DNA of 64,000 bases, taken from assembly GCA_004322275.1 (NCBI GenBank), contig SCTA01000040.1, positions 6,138-70,137 of the forward strand, given 5' to 3'. This DNA comes from a bacterium. GTDB taxonomy: Bacteria > Desulfobacterota > Deferrisomatia > Deferrisomatales > BM512. The notes beneath the pieces are model-generated. The model worked only from the letters and a program-made list of their open reading frames with translations. It had not been told where the DNA came from and did no database searches. Positions 16,953 through 25,523 of this stretch are shown one piece after another; position 1 is the stretch's first letter, and each line of letters begins with the position of its first letter. A program made the position numbers and the translations under genes.

Positions 16953-18181
16953 CCCGCCGCTCTGCCTTCCAGGAATTCGTAATCGTAGACCTGAACGTCC
17001 ACCTCTTCGCCGGGCTCGATAACCTCCCGTCCCACGGGAAGGATGAGAAGGCCGTTGGCCTCTACCAGCGTGGAGAGCATGCCCGAGCTTCTCTTGCCTA
17101 AACCGACTACCTTGAAGCGCGTTCCGAACCGTTCGATTCTGCACCGGACGAACTCTATCCTGTCGGGCCTGCCCTTCACCCTTTCCGCCCTCTCGTCGAG
17201 GATGGCCTTGAAGACCGGGCGAAAGAGCCTCTGCGCCCCCATCAGCTTTCTCAGCGCGGGCCTTACGAACTGCTCGAAGGAGACCATCGCGCTGACGGGG
17301 TTTCCGGGGAGGCCGAAGACCGGCACCCTGCCCTTCATGCCGAAGAGCACCGGCTTTCCCGGCTTTACCGCGACCTTCCAGAACTTCGTGTCAACGCCCC
17401 ATTCGGCGAGCACGTCGCGGGTATAGTCGTAATCGCCCATCGAGACGCCGCCGGTGGTCAGAACCATGTCGCAGGTGCGGGCGTTACCAAGTATTTCGAG
17501 AAGCCCTTCCCTGTCGTCGCGCCCTATGCCCAGGCGCACCGGTATCGCTCCGGTCTCCAGAACCTGCGCGGAAAGGCCGTAGGAGTTGGAGTTGATTATC
17601 TTGAACCCTTCGGTGGGGGCGTCTATCTCCACTATCTCGTCGCCGGTGGCGAGAATGGCCACCTTCGGCCTCTGGTGAACCTTGACGAAGGAGCGTCCGA
17701 GGGAGGCGAGCATTCCGACCTCCGCCGGGCGTATCCGTATCCCCGGCGGAAGAACCTGATCGCCCGCCGAAACGTCTTCTCCGGCCTTCCTGACGTTGGC
17801 CCCCGGCCTCGGCAGTGAAAGTATCTCCACCTCCGCGCCCAGCCGGGCAGTATCCTCTACGGGTACGACGGTATCGGCGCCGGGAGGTATCGGGGCGCCG
17901 GTCATTATCTTTACCGCCTCGCCCTCCGCCACCGCGCCGGAGAAAAGATGCCCGGCGGCTATCTCGTCCACCACCCGGAGCACCGCCCTTTCGCCGACGG
18001 CGTCGGAGCGGCAAAAGGCGTAGCCGTCCATCGCCGAGTTGTCCATAGGCGGAAGGTTTCTCGGGGCGAACACCTGCTCGGCCAGCACCCTGCCGAGCGC
18101 TTCGGTTATCGAGACCGTTTCGCTGGGCAGAGGTTCGAGAGAGGAGAGGATTTTCTCCTGCGCTTCGGAAAAAGAGATCAT
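16946..18181 (-). CDS. moeA: Molybdopterin molybdenumtransferase
   Basis: MISFSEAQEKIL..., PPMDNSAMDGYA and TTGGVSMGDYD motifs. It is trimmed to the ATG at 18181. Confidence 0.9.
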   Translation of the reverse strand: MISFSEAQEKILSSLEPLPSETVSITEALGRVLAEQVFAPRNLPPMDNSAMDGYAFCRSDAVGERAVLRVVDEIAAGHLFSGAVAEGEAVKIMTGAPIPPGADTVVPVEDTARLGAEVEILSLPRPGANVRKAGEDVSAGDQVLPPGIRIRPAEVGMLASLGRSFVKVHQRPKVAILATGDEIVEIDAPTEGFKIINSNSYGLSAQVLETGAIPVRLGIGRDDREGLLEILGNARTCDMVLTTGGVSMGDYDYTRDVLAEWGVDTKFWKVAVKPGKPVLFGMKGRVPVFGLPGNPVSAMVSFEQFVRPALRKLMGAQRLFRPVFKAILDERAERVKGRPDRIEFVRCRIERFGTRFKVVGLGKRSSGMLSTLVEANGLLILPVGREVIEPGEEVDVQVYDYEFLEGRAAGW

Positions 18182-18254
18182 AAATATTCCAGCAATAAAG
18201 GGGAAAGCTCTGTCGGAGCGGTTCTTCGGATCGTAGCAGCGGCGGGGCGGGCGG

Positions 18255-19442
18255 TCAAGCCCGCAGGGCGGCGAGAGCCCGTATGACGCGCCTTCTCGCG
18301 GCCTCCACGCTGGTGTCGTACTCTCCGGGAACCGCCTCCTCGGTAAGCTTTTTCCAGAGGCCTCCGCAGACGCAGAAGCCGAAGGGTTTTTTGCCCATTG
18401 CGGTGGTCTTCGTGGCGTGGCACTCGGGGCAGGCGAAAAGATCCTTCGCGCCGGAGTTCTTGCCCCGCTTCGCCAGCGGCTTTCCATCGACCTCGACGAT
18501 ATCCATGGCGAAATCCACGGTGCGCGCGGAAGAAAGAGCGGTTCCGAGGCCGAAGCCGTCCACGAGAGGCTCCAGCTTGTAGATATCGTACTCTCCGAGG
18601 CCGCCCGAGACGTAGACGCCGACGTTAGTGTGGCCGCGAAGGTTGAGCTCCCACCTTACCTCGCGGATTATCCTCTCGAAATCGCCCCTTCTGCTTCCGG
18701 GGGTGTCGAGCCGTATCCCGGCGAGCTCTTTTCCGAGGGCTTCGGCTACCCGCATGGCTTCAAACTTCTCGTCGTTGAAGGTGTCGATGAGGCTGATTAC
18801 CTTGGCCTTGTCGCCGAAATACTCCTTGAAGGCGAGGGTCGCCTCGACGGTGTCTCCCATGACCAGTATGAGCGCGTGAGGCATCGTACCCATCGGGGGG
18901 ACGCCGAGCCTCTGGGCGGAGGAGATGACGCTTATGCCGTCGAAACCTCCGAGAAAGGCGCTCCTGTCTATCATCGGCGATATCGCCGGGTGCATCCTCC
19001 TCGCGCCGAAGGAGAGCAGAATCTTCTCCGCCGCCGCCAGCCTGCACCTCGCCGCCATCGTAGCTATTCCGGTCGCCTGACACAAAAACCCGAGCAGGAC
19101 CGTCTCGTACAGGCAAAAGTCCTCGTAGGGGCCTTCGATTTCGAGCACGGTGTCCCAGGGCCTGAAAAAGGAGCCCTCGGGAATCGTACGGATTTTAAGG
19201 TCCGCCCCCCTTGCGCGAAGGGCCTCCAGAAGCCCCATCGCCTCGTCCAGTCCGGCGAAGACCGCCCACTCCCAGTCCTCGGGAAACCCTTTGGTCATTA
19301 TCTCGGCGCGGACCCGCTTTGAGATTCCCTTTTTTTTCAGGATATCCTTCGTTCGCTCGAAATAAACGTCGGTGACGACCCCCGAGACTATCTCCTCTTC
19401 GGAGACGACGTTGAGGAAACTTCCTTTCTTTTTCGCGCTCAT
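18255..19442 (-). CDS. pncB: Nicotinate phosphoribosyltransferase (type II PRTase family) with C-terminal zinc ribbon
   Basis: NAPRTase-family core (VTDVYFERT, GTMPHALI, RLDTPGSRRGD). The C-terminus is CPECH...CVCGG. The ATG at 19442 overlaps the pncA TGA (ATGA). Confidence 0.78.
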   Translation of the reverse strand: MSAKKKGSFLNVVSEEEIVSGVVTDVYFERTKDILKKKGISKRVRAEIMTKGFPEDWEWAVFAGLDEAMGLLEALRARGADLKIRTIPEGSFFRPWDTVLEIEGPYEDFCLYETVLLGFLCQATGIATMAARCRLAAAEKILLSFGARRMHPAISPMIDRSAFLGGFDGISVISSAQRLGVPPMGTMPHALILVMGDTVEATLAFKEYFGDKAKVISLIDTFNDEKFEAMRVAEALGKELAGIRLDTPGSRRGDFERIIREVRWELNLRGHTNVGVYVSGGLGEYDIYKLEPLVDGFGLGTALSSARTVDFAMDIVEVDGKPLAKRGKNSGAKDLFACPECHATKTTAMGKKPFGFCVCGGLWKKLTEEAVPGEYDTSVEAARRRVIRALAALRA

Positions 19443-19960
19443 ATAATCCTTGCCCCGAGTACGGTTTCCATGTGCTTTAGCGCCCATTCGTGGTCTGTCT
19501 TGTCTATCCCGGCTACGGCGTCCCTCACAACCTCGACGCAAAAGCCCCTCACAGTGCATTCAAAAGCCGTGTACATGACGCAGATGTTGGTAAGGCATCC
19601 CGTCAGCCTGACCGTTCCAATTTCCAACTCCTCCAGCTTTTTGTCCAGCTCCGTCTTCCAGAAAGAGGAATAGGTGGTCTTCTTGACGATTATATCTTCG
19701 TTTTCGGGTTCCAGTTCACCGACAATCTGCGCCCCCTTCGTTCCGCCGACGGCGTGGGGCGGCCAGCGGTGAAATTCAGGGTCGTTGATGGCGTGGGAGT
19801 CGCAAACGTATATCACCGGCTCTCCCCGCGATCTGGCGCTAAGAATATTCCTTTTGACCTCCGGCATTATTATCCAGTTGTCGGGGACGTAAAGAGGGGC
19901 GTTTTTGTCGGTGAAATCGTTCAGCATGTCGATGACTAGAAGCGCCCGTCTCATGTTCAC
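19439..19960 (-). CDS. pncA: Nicotinamidase / isochorismatase-family hydrolase
   Basis: ALLVIDMLNDF and a catalytic Cys region (LTGCLTNICV). It lies directly upstream of the NAPRTase gene. Confidence 0.8.
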   Translation of the reverse strand: MNMRRALLVIDMLNDFTDKNAPLYVPDNWIIMPEVKRNILSARSRGEPVIYVCDSHAINDPEFHRWPPHAVGGTKGAQIVGELEPENEDIIVKKTTYSSFWKTELDKKLEELEIGTVRLTGCLTNICVMYTAFECTVRGFCVEVVRDAVAGIDKTDHEWALKHMETVLGARII

Positions 19961-20610
19961 CAGCCTCTCTCACCCGTCAAGGGGACGAAGCGAACGCCGC
20001 CGAGGCTGATTTGCCTGTACAAATCCCCCTCCCTGACGATTTTCAAAAGCTCCTGGGAGCCCATAGTTCCTACCGGTATAACCAGAACGCCTTCTTCGGG
20101 CCTGAGCTGCTCTTTCAGGGCCGGGGGCACCGAAGGGGCTCCGGCGGTGACTATTATGGCGTCGTAGGGGGCGAATTCCGGGAGCCCGAGGGTTCCGTCG
20201 CCCACGAAGAACTTAACCTCTTCCCCCAGACCGCACGAGGCAAGCGCCTTCTCGGCCTTTTTGGAGAGCACCGGGTCTTTTTCTATCGAATAGACCTTGC
20301 AGCCCATAGCGGCGAGTATCCCCGCCTGATAGCCGGAGCCGGTTCCCACTTCCAGCACCTTGTCTCCGCTGGAGACATCCAGCGCCTCGCTCATGAGCGC
20401 GACTATATACGGCTGCGATATGGTCTGCCCGCCGCCTATGGGCAGGGGAGCATCGTCGTAGGCGGAATCCTGAAGGTCCTCGGGCACGAAAAGATGTCTC
20501 GGGAGGACTTTGAAGGCGGAAAGCACGAGTTTGTCGCGCACTCCCCTCGCCTCGATCTGCTCTTTCACCATCGAGCGCCTGAGAACCTCGAATCTTTTGC
20601 TCTTTTCCAT
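19957..20610 (-). CDS. pcm: Protein-L-isoaspartate O-methyltransferase
   Basis: ISQPYIVALM and VLEVGTGSGYQAGILA motifs. Confidence 0.92.
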   Translation of the reverse strand: MEKSKRFEVLRRSMVKEQIEARGVRDKLVLSAFKVLPRHLFVPEDLQDSAYDDAPLPIGGGQTISQPYIVALMSEALDVSSGDKVLEVGTGSGYQAGILAAMGCKVYSIEKDPVLSKKAEKALASCGLGEEVKFFVGDGTLGLPEFAPYDAIIVTAGAPSVPPALKEQLRPEEGVLVIPVGTMGSQELLKIVREGDLYRQISLGGVRFVPLTGERGW

Positions 20611-20698
20611 ACCGCACCCCGGGAAAGTTAAGGCGTTTTTACAATACCGTCAATTTAAAGCTAGTATCCCGCCTTAATTTGTCAACACGGTAAATGGC

Positions 20699-22066
20699 TT
20701 ACGTCCCGTCCACCCTGACCACCCTGCACCCGAGCGACCCCCGCGCAAAGCTCACCTCGACCTCGTCTCCCGGCGACTGACTGGCGGCGTCGGTGACTAT
20801 CTTTCCACTCCTGTCGACAACCACGGCATACCCCCTCTTCAGGACCGCCGAGGGGCTGAGCTTGTCAAGCGACCCGCTAAGGAGAGACAAGTTGCTCTTT
20901 CTGGAGGAGAACCCCCGTTCAAGAGAGATATGAAGTCTTGCCTCCAGAGCGCAGAGACGCGAGGAAGCCCCGGCGAGGCGAAGCTCGGGCGAGATGGTTC
21001 CCAACTCCCTCCGGGCTTCGTAAAACCTCTCCTTTAGCCCCGCGAAGTTCCGGGCGAGAGCGCCGGAAGCGGTCTCCATGAGTCTGTCAACCCGCAGCCG
21101 CCTTCGCTCTATGACGCGGCCGGGCTCGGACCTGTATGGGTCGAGAGAAGTGAGCTTTTCACGAAGTTCCGCCGTCAGCGCCCTCATCGAAGAGGCCAGG
21201 GAGAGTTCCGAACGGGCCAGTAGTGCCAGCCAGTGGGAGGATTCCCTTGCCGCCAGCTCTGCGGCGGCCGAGGGGGTCGGGGCGCGTTTGTCGGCGGCGA
21301 AATCCGTCAGGGTAAAATCCGTCTCGTGGCCGACTGCGGAGATTACGGGAACCCGGCACCCCGCTACGGCGCGGACGACCCTCTCGTCGTTGAAGGCGGA
21401 AAGGTCCTCCCCCGCGCCGCCTCCCCTCCCGACGATGACGAGTTCGACCGCTTCCCGTTCCTGCGCGTCTTCAAGGGCTCTTACAATCTCCTCCGGGGCC
21501 TTTTCCCCCTGCACCCGCGCCGGGCAGACGTATACGTCGAGCCAGGGAGCGCGCCGCTTTAAAACGTGCAGTATGTCGCGCACCGCCGCGCCGGTTGGCG
21601 AAGTGACGACCGCCACCGCCCTCGGCATCGCCGGAAGAGGGCGCTTTCGCTCTTCGGCGAAAAGCCCCTCCGACTGGAGTTTCTTCTTCAGCGCTTCGAG
21701 TTGAAGGCGAAGTAGCCCCTCGCCCACCGGCGACATGTGCTCCACGATTAGCTGGAGGTCGCCCCTCTGTTCGTAGACGGAAAGTCGGCCCCTCGCCAGC
21801 ACGGCCATGCCGTTTTTAGGAGGGTGATCGAGAAGACGGAGCGCGGAGCGGAAACAGACGGCGCGAAGCTGCGCGTTTTTGTCGCTTAGATTGAAGTAGG
21901 CGTGGCCGGAGGCGGGGATGCGAAGATCCGATATCTCGCCCTCAAGCCAGACATCGTGAAAGGTGTTCTCCGTAAGAGCCCTGACCAGAGAGATCAGCCC
22001 GGTGACGGAAAGAACCTCGCCGGGAACGGGCGTCCAGCCCCTATCGTTCGATGGATTCAACGACAT
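20699..22066 (-). CDS. xseA: Exodeoxyribonuclease VII large subunit
   Basis: N-terminal OB fold (VWLEGEISD), a central catalytic region (VVTSPTGAAVRDI, RGGGAGEDL) and a long C-terminal helical tail. Confidence 0.92.
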   Translation of the reverse strand: MSLNPSNDRGWTPVPGEVLSVTGLISLVRALTENTFHDVWLEGEISDLRIPASGHAYFNLSDKNAQLRAVCFRSALRLLDHPPKNGMAVLARGRLSVYEQRGDLQLIVEHMSPVGEGLLRLQLEALKKKLQSEGLFAEERKRPLPAMPRAVAVVTSPTGAAVRDILHVLKRRAPWLDVYVCPARVQGEKAPEEIVRALEDAQEREAVELVIVGRGGGAGEDLSAFNDERVVRAVAGCRVPVISAVGHETDFTLTDFAADKRAPTPSAAAELAARESSHWLALLARSELSLASSMRALTAELREKLTSLDPYRSEPGRVIERRRLRVDRLMETASGALARNFAGLKERFYEARRELGTISPELRLAGASSRLCALEARLHISLERGFSSRKSNLSLLSGSLDKLSPSAVLKRGYAVVVDRSGKIVTDAASQSPGDEVEVSFARGSLGCRVVRVDGT

Positions 22067-23108
22067 CCGAAAGCTCCGGCATATCTTTCAGGTACTCCTT
22101 GAGGCGCTTTTTAAGGTCGTTTTCCATCTGGCGTATCCGCTCGCGGGAGACGCCGAAGCGGTCGCCTATCTCGCGCAGGGTCTCGGGGTCTTCCGCCATG
22201 AGCCTTTTGTCGAAAATAATCCTGTCGCGCGCTTCGAGCGTCTCTCGAAACCCCATCAGCTTTTCGTTTATAACCTTGCGGAGTTCCTCGTTTTCCAGCT
22301 CGCTGAAGGAGGAAGGGGCTTCGTCGGGCAAAAGGTCCATCCTCGAAGTCGTCCCCTCTTCGTCAACCGGGGCGTCGAGAGAAACGTCAGAGCCCGAGAG
22401 CCTCATCGACATTTCGATGACCTCCTGCTCCTTCACGCCGAGCCGGGAGGCGAGAAGCTTCGGCTCAGGGCGGAATCCCTCGGCCTCAAGGGCCTCTTTT
22501 TCTTTTTTAAGGTTGAAAAAGAGCCTTCGCTGGTTCTGGGTTGTCCCTATCTTCACCAGCGACCAGTTGTTGAGAATGTAGCGGATCATGTAGGCGCGAA
22601 TCCACCACGCCGCGTAGGAACTGAGCTTGACGCCCCTTGCCGGGTCGAACTTCTCTACGGCCCGCATAAGGCCGATGTTTCCTTCCTGTATCAGGTCGAG
22701 GAGGTTACTTATGTTGCGCCGAAATTCGTAGGCTATCTTGACCACGAGGCGCAGGTTGGAGACGACGAGCCGATAAGCCGCCTCCAGGTCGCCCTGGGTG
22801 TGGTAGCGGGTGGACAGCTCTTCCTCCTCCTCGTGAGTCAGGAGCGAGTGCCTTCCGATCTCCCTGAGGTACTGGGAAAGAGGGTCGGCCCTTCCGCCCT
22901 CGGCGGTTATGAGCCCCTTGCCGTGTGACGGCTCCTCCAGATCGGTCTCGAAAAAATCAACGTCGGCCGCTTCAAGAACCTCCGGCTCAATGGCGACGGG
23001 TTCGGCTATCTCCTCCTCGTCGGAAGGCGAATACTCCCTTTCGGTCTCCTCCGGTATACCGTCGTCACCGCCGAATTTTTCCGGGTCGTCCCTCAGTTTA
23101 CCGCTCAT
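22041..23108 (-). CDS. rpoH: RNA polymerase sigma factor, RpoH (sigma-32)-like
   Basis: Region 2 (LIQEGNIGLMRAVEKFDP), an RpoH-box-like TTQNQRRLFFNLKKEK, and region 4.2 (GVSRERIRQMEN). It has an acidic N-terminal extension. Its 3' end overlaps the xseA start by 26 nt. Confidence 0.85.
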   Translation of the reverse strand: MSGKLRDDPEKFGGDDGIPEETEREYSPSDEEEIAEPVAIEPEVLEAADVDFFETDLEEPSHGKGLITAEGGRADPLSQYLREIGRHSLLTHEEEEELSTRYHTQGDLEAAYRLVVSNLRLVVKIAYEFRRNISNLLDLIQEGNIGLMRAVEKFDPARGVKLSSYAAWWIRAYMIRYILNNWSLVKIGTTQNQRRLFFNLKKEKEALEAEGFRPEPKLLASRLGVKEQEVIEMSMRLSGSDVSLDAPVDEEGTTSRMDLLPDEAPSSFSELENEELRKVINEKLMGFRETLEARDRIIFDKRLMAEDPETLREIGDRFGVSRERIRQMENDLKKRLKEYLKDMPELSDVVESIER

Positions 23109-23138
23109 AGGGGAAACTCCGGCTTCCTGATTTCAAGC

Positions 23139-23816
23139 TCACGGATTTGCATGGCATTCCTTGCACCACTCTTTGCCGTCACCGCCGGAAAGATCCCTGG
23201 GCCCGTGCGGATCGTGGCAGGAAACGCAGTCCATGCGCCTTCCCGGCCTCGAAGGGTCGTTTTTAGAGGTGACCGGGTGGCGCAGCTTCGGGTGTTTCGA
23301 TAAAGAATACTTCTCATGGCAACCTGCGCAAAGTTTTACGGTCTCTTCGCTCGAAGGCATGCCCGCTTTGTGACAGGAGGAGCACTTTTTGGCGAAATCC
23401 GGTTTTCCGTGCTTTCCCGTTCCGTAACTCTTGTGGCAATCCCTGCAGGAGCCTTCCGCCTCGTGGCACTCGCCGCAGTTTTTCGCGAAAGAATCGTGAA
23501 AAAGGGGTTCTCCCTTGTACGGAGAGCCCTTTTTGAAGGAAACCTCCACCTTCTGCCCGTCCACCTTTAAAACCGAGCCCGAAGGGGAAATCCCGCCCAC
23601 TCTCAGGTGGCGAATTTTTCCCTCCCCGGTGAAACTCCCTTTGGCTTTCACGTTGTCAACTTCGACGAGCGGGGGTTTGCCGGACTCGACAACCACCCAG
23701 AGGTATTCCGAGCCGCTCACGTAACCGGCGACGGGCGCGAGAATTTTCACCCCGGCGTAAGTTTCCGCAGGCAAAATCGCCAGCATCGCAAGGAAAACAA
23801 ATTTCAATGACTTCAT
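23139..23816 (-). CDS. Periplasmic hexaheme c-type cytochrome
   Basis: It has a signal peptide and six CXXCH sites (CGECH, CRDCH, CSSCH, CAGCH, CVSCH, CKECH). Confidence 0.87.
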   Translation of the reverse strand: MKSLKFVFLAMLAILPAETYAGVKILAPVAGYVSGSEYLWVVVESGKPPLVEVDNVKAKGSFTGEGKIRHLRVGGISPSGSVLKVDGQKVEVSFKKGSPYKGEPLFHDSFAKNCGECHEAEGSCRDCHKSYGTGKHGKPDFAKKCSSCHKAGMPSSEETVKLCAGCHEKYSLSKHPKLRHPVTSKNDPSRPGRRMDCVSCHDPHGPRDLSGGDGKEWCKECHANP

Positions 23817-23820
23817 GGAA

Positions 23821-25407
23821 TTAAACTCTCGAAACCTTTCCGCCGGATTCTGCCGCCCAGTGGTCCACCGCCCTTGCCCCGTCTATCGCCGCGCTTACAA
23901 TTCCTCCCGCGTAACCCGCCCCCTCGCCTACCGGATAGAGATTTTTAAAGGTCAGGGACCTCATCTCCCCGTCCCGAAGGATGCGCACCGGGCTGGAGGT
24001 TCTCGTTTCGACGCCGATAAGGTTACCACCCGCCAGCGGCGGTAACTGGGCGATAAGCGCGGGCAGGGCGTCACGAAGGGCCGTAGAGGCGAACCGGGGC
24101 AGGCACTCCGAAAGATCGGCCTTTTTCAGAGGCCACGGGCAATTGGAATGCACCTCAGGTCCGCTCCCTTTTCCGAGAAACGCCGCCACGGTCTGAGAGG
24201 GCAGAGCCATCTCACCCGCCAGTTCATACCCCCTCTTCTCCCAGCGCCGCTGAAAATCCAGCCCCTTCAGGGGATCCCCCCCGAAATCCTCCGGCCTCGT
24301 CTCCACCACCAGCGCGGCGTTGGCGTTTTTGCCGGAGCGCATCGCCCCGCTCATGCCGTTGACCACAACGCCGCCCGGTTCGGCTCCGGCGGGTATGACC
24401 GTCCCGCCCGGGCACATGCAGAAGGAATATACGCCCCTCCCGTCGCCCGAACGAGCCTTGATTGAGAACTCGGCGGGCGAAAGACCGGGGTAACCGGCCC
24501 ACCTGCCGTACTGCTGCGAATTAACAAGCTCCTGCGGAAGCTCGACCCTGACGCCGACGGCGAAACCCTTGGCCTGAAGGTCCACCCCCTGCTTTCCGAG
24601 CGCCCGGTAGAGTTCGCGGGAGCTGTGGCCTGTGGCCAGAAAGACCGCCCCGGCCGGAAGCTCGCCTTCTTCGGTGATTATTCCCCTGACGCGGTTCTCT
24701 TCAATTATGAGTTCCCGGGCTCTTCTCCCGAAGAAAAAAACCGCGCCCCTCTTCGTCAGATACTCCCTGACGTTGGCGATTATCCGGCGCAGCCTGTCGG
24801 TGCCGAGGTGAGGCCTGGAGTCGAAGAGAATCTCTTCGCCACCCCCGGCCTCGACGAGCCGCCGGAGGACCCACTCCTTCCGGAAGTCCTTCACCCTCGT
24901 GGTGAGCTTGCCGTCGGAAAAGGCCCCCGCCCCCCCTTCGCCGAACTGCACGTTGCTCAAGGGGTTTAAAATCCCCTTCCTCCAGTACGCCGCTACGTCA
25001 GCCATCCGCTCGCGGACAATCTTCCCCTGTTCGAGGATTACAGGCCTCAATCCGTATTCGCAGAGGCGTAGCGCCGCAAAGAGACCGGCGGGCCCCGCCC
25101 CGACGACAAGCGGAGGATGGCGTGGAAGGGTTGTTACCGGCCTTACGGCCCACTCCTCGCCCTCGTAGCGCGAAACCTCGGCTGCCGACTCCTGTACCTT
25201 TAGTTCGCCGTCCACCTCCAGAACCACGGAGTACTCGTAAACCGGGGGCCTTCTCCCTCTGGCGTCCATCGACCTTTTCAGTATCGAAAGGGAAAGGACT
25301 TTTCCGGGTGAAACGGACAGACGCCCCGCGGCCGCTTCCAGAAGTTCTCTTTTTCCGGAGCCGGGCGCGAGTCTGAGGTTTCTCACTGCAAAGCGGTTTA
25401 CATGCAA
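23821..25407 (-). CDS. FAD-dependent oxidoreductase (COG2509-like)
   Basis: Dinucleotide-binding motif VVGAGPAGLFAALRL. Overall similarity is to NAD(FAD)-utilising dehydrogenases. Its stop lies 4 nt before the cytochrome gene start. Confidence 0.85.
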   Translation of the reverse strand: MHVNRFAVRNLRLAPGSGKRELLEAAAGRLSVSPGKVLSLSILKRSMDARGRRPPVYEYSVVLEVDGELKVQESAAEVSRYEGEEWAVRPVTTLPRHPPLVVGAGPAGLFAALRLCEYGLRPVILEQGKIVRERMADVAAYWRKGILNPLSNVQFGEGGAGAFSDGKLTTRVKDFRKEWVLRRLVEAGGGEEILFDSRPHLGTDRLRRIIANVREYLTKRGAVFFFGRRARELIIEENRVRGIITEEGELPAGAVFLATGHSSRELYRALGKQGVDLQAKGFAVGVRVELPQELVNSQQYGRWAGYPGLSPAEFSIKARSGDGRGVYSFCMCPGGTVIPAGAEPGGVVVNGMSGAMRSGKNANAALVVETRPEDFGGDPLKGLDFQRRWEKRGYELAGEMALPSQTVAAFLGKGSGPEVHSNCPWPLKKADLSECLPRFASTALRDALPALIAQLPPLAGGNLIGVETRTSSPVRILRDGEMRSLTFKNLYPVGEGAGYAGGIVSAAIDGARAVDHWAAESGGKVSRV

Positions 25408-25471
25408 TTCATCAATCCCCTTAAAATTTTAAAAAGATTAGCAGAAAATGAGTGGCGGGTCACCGCCTCCT

Positions 25472-25499
25472 TTGAAACGTTCCCGCAAGGATGTAGAAT
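25472..25499 (+). promoter_or_regulatory. Sigma70-like promoter upstream of the Lon-like protease gene
   Basis: TTGAAA (25472-25477), a 16-nt spacer, then TAGAAT (25494-25499). A GGAGGA Shine-Dalgarno precedes the ATG at 25524. This is pattern match only. Confidence 0.45.
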
Positions 25500-25523
25500 G
25501 AAAAAACAACAAGTGGAGGAAAA

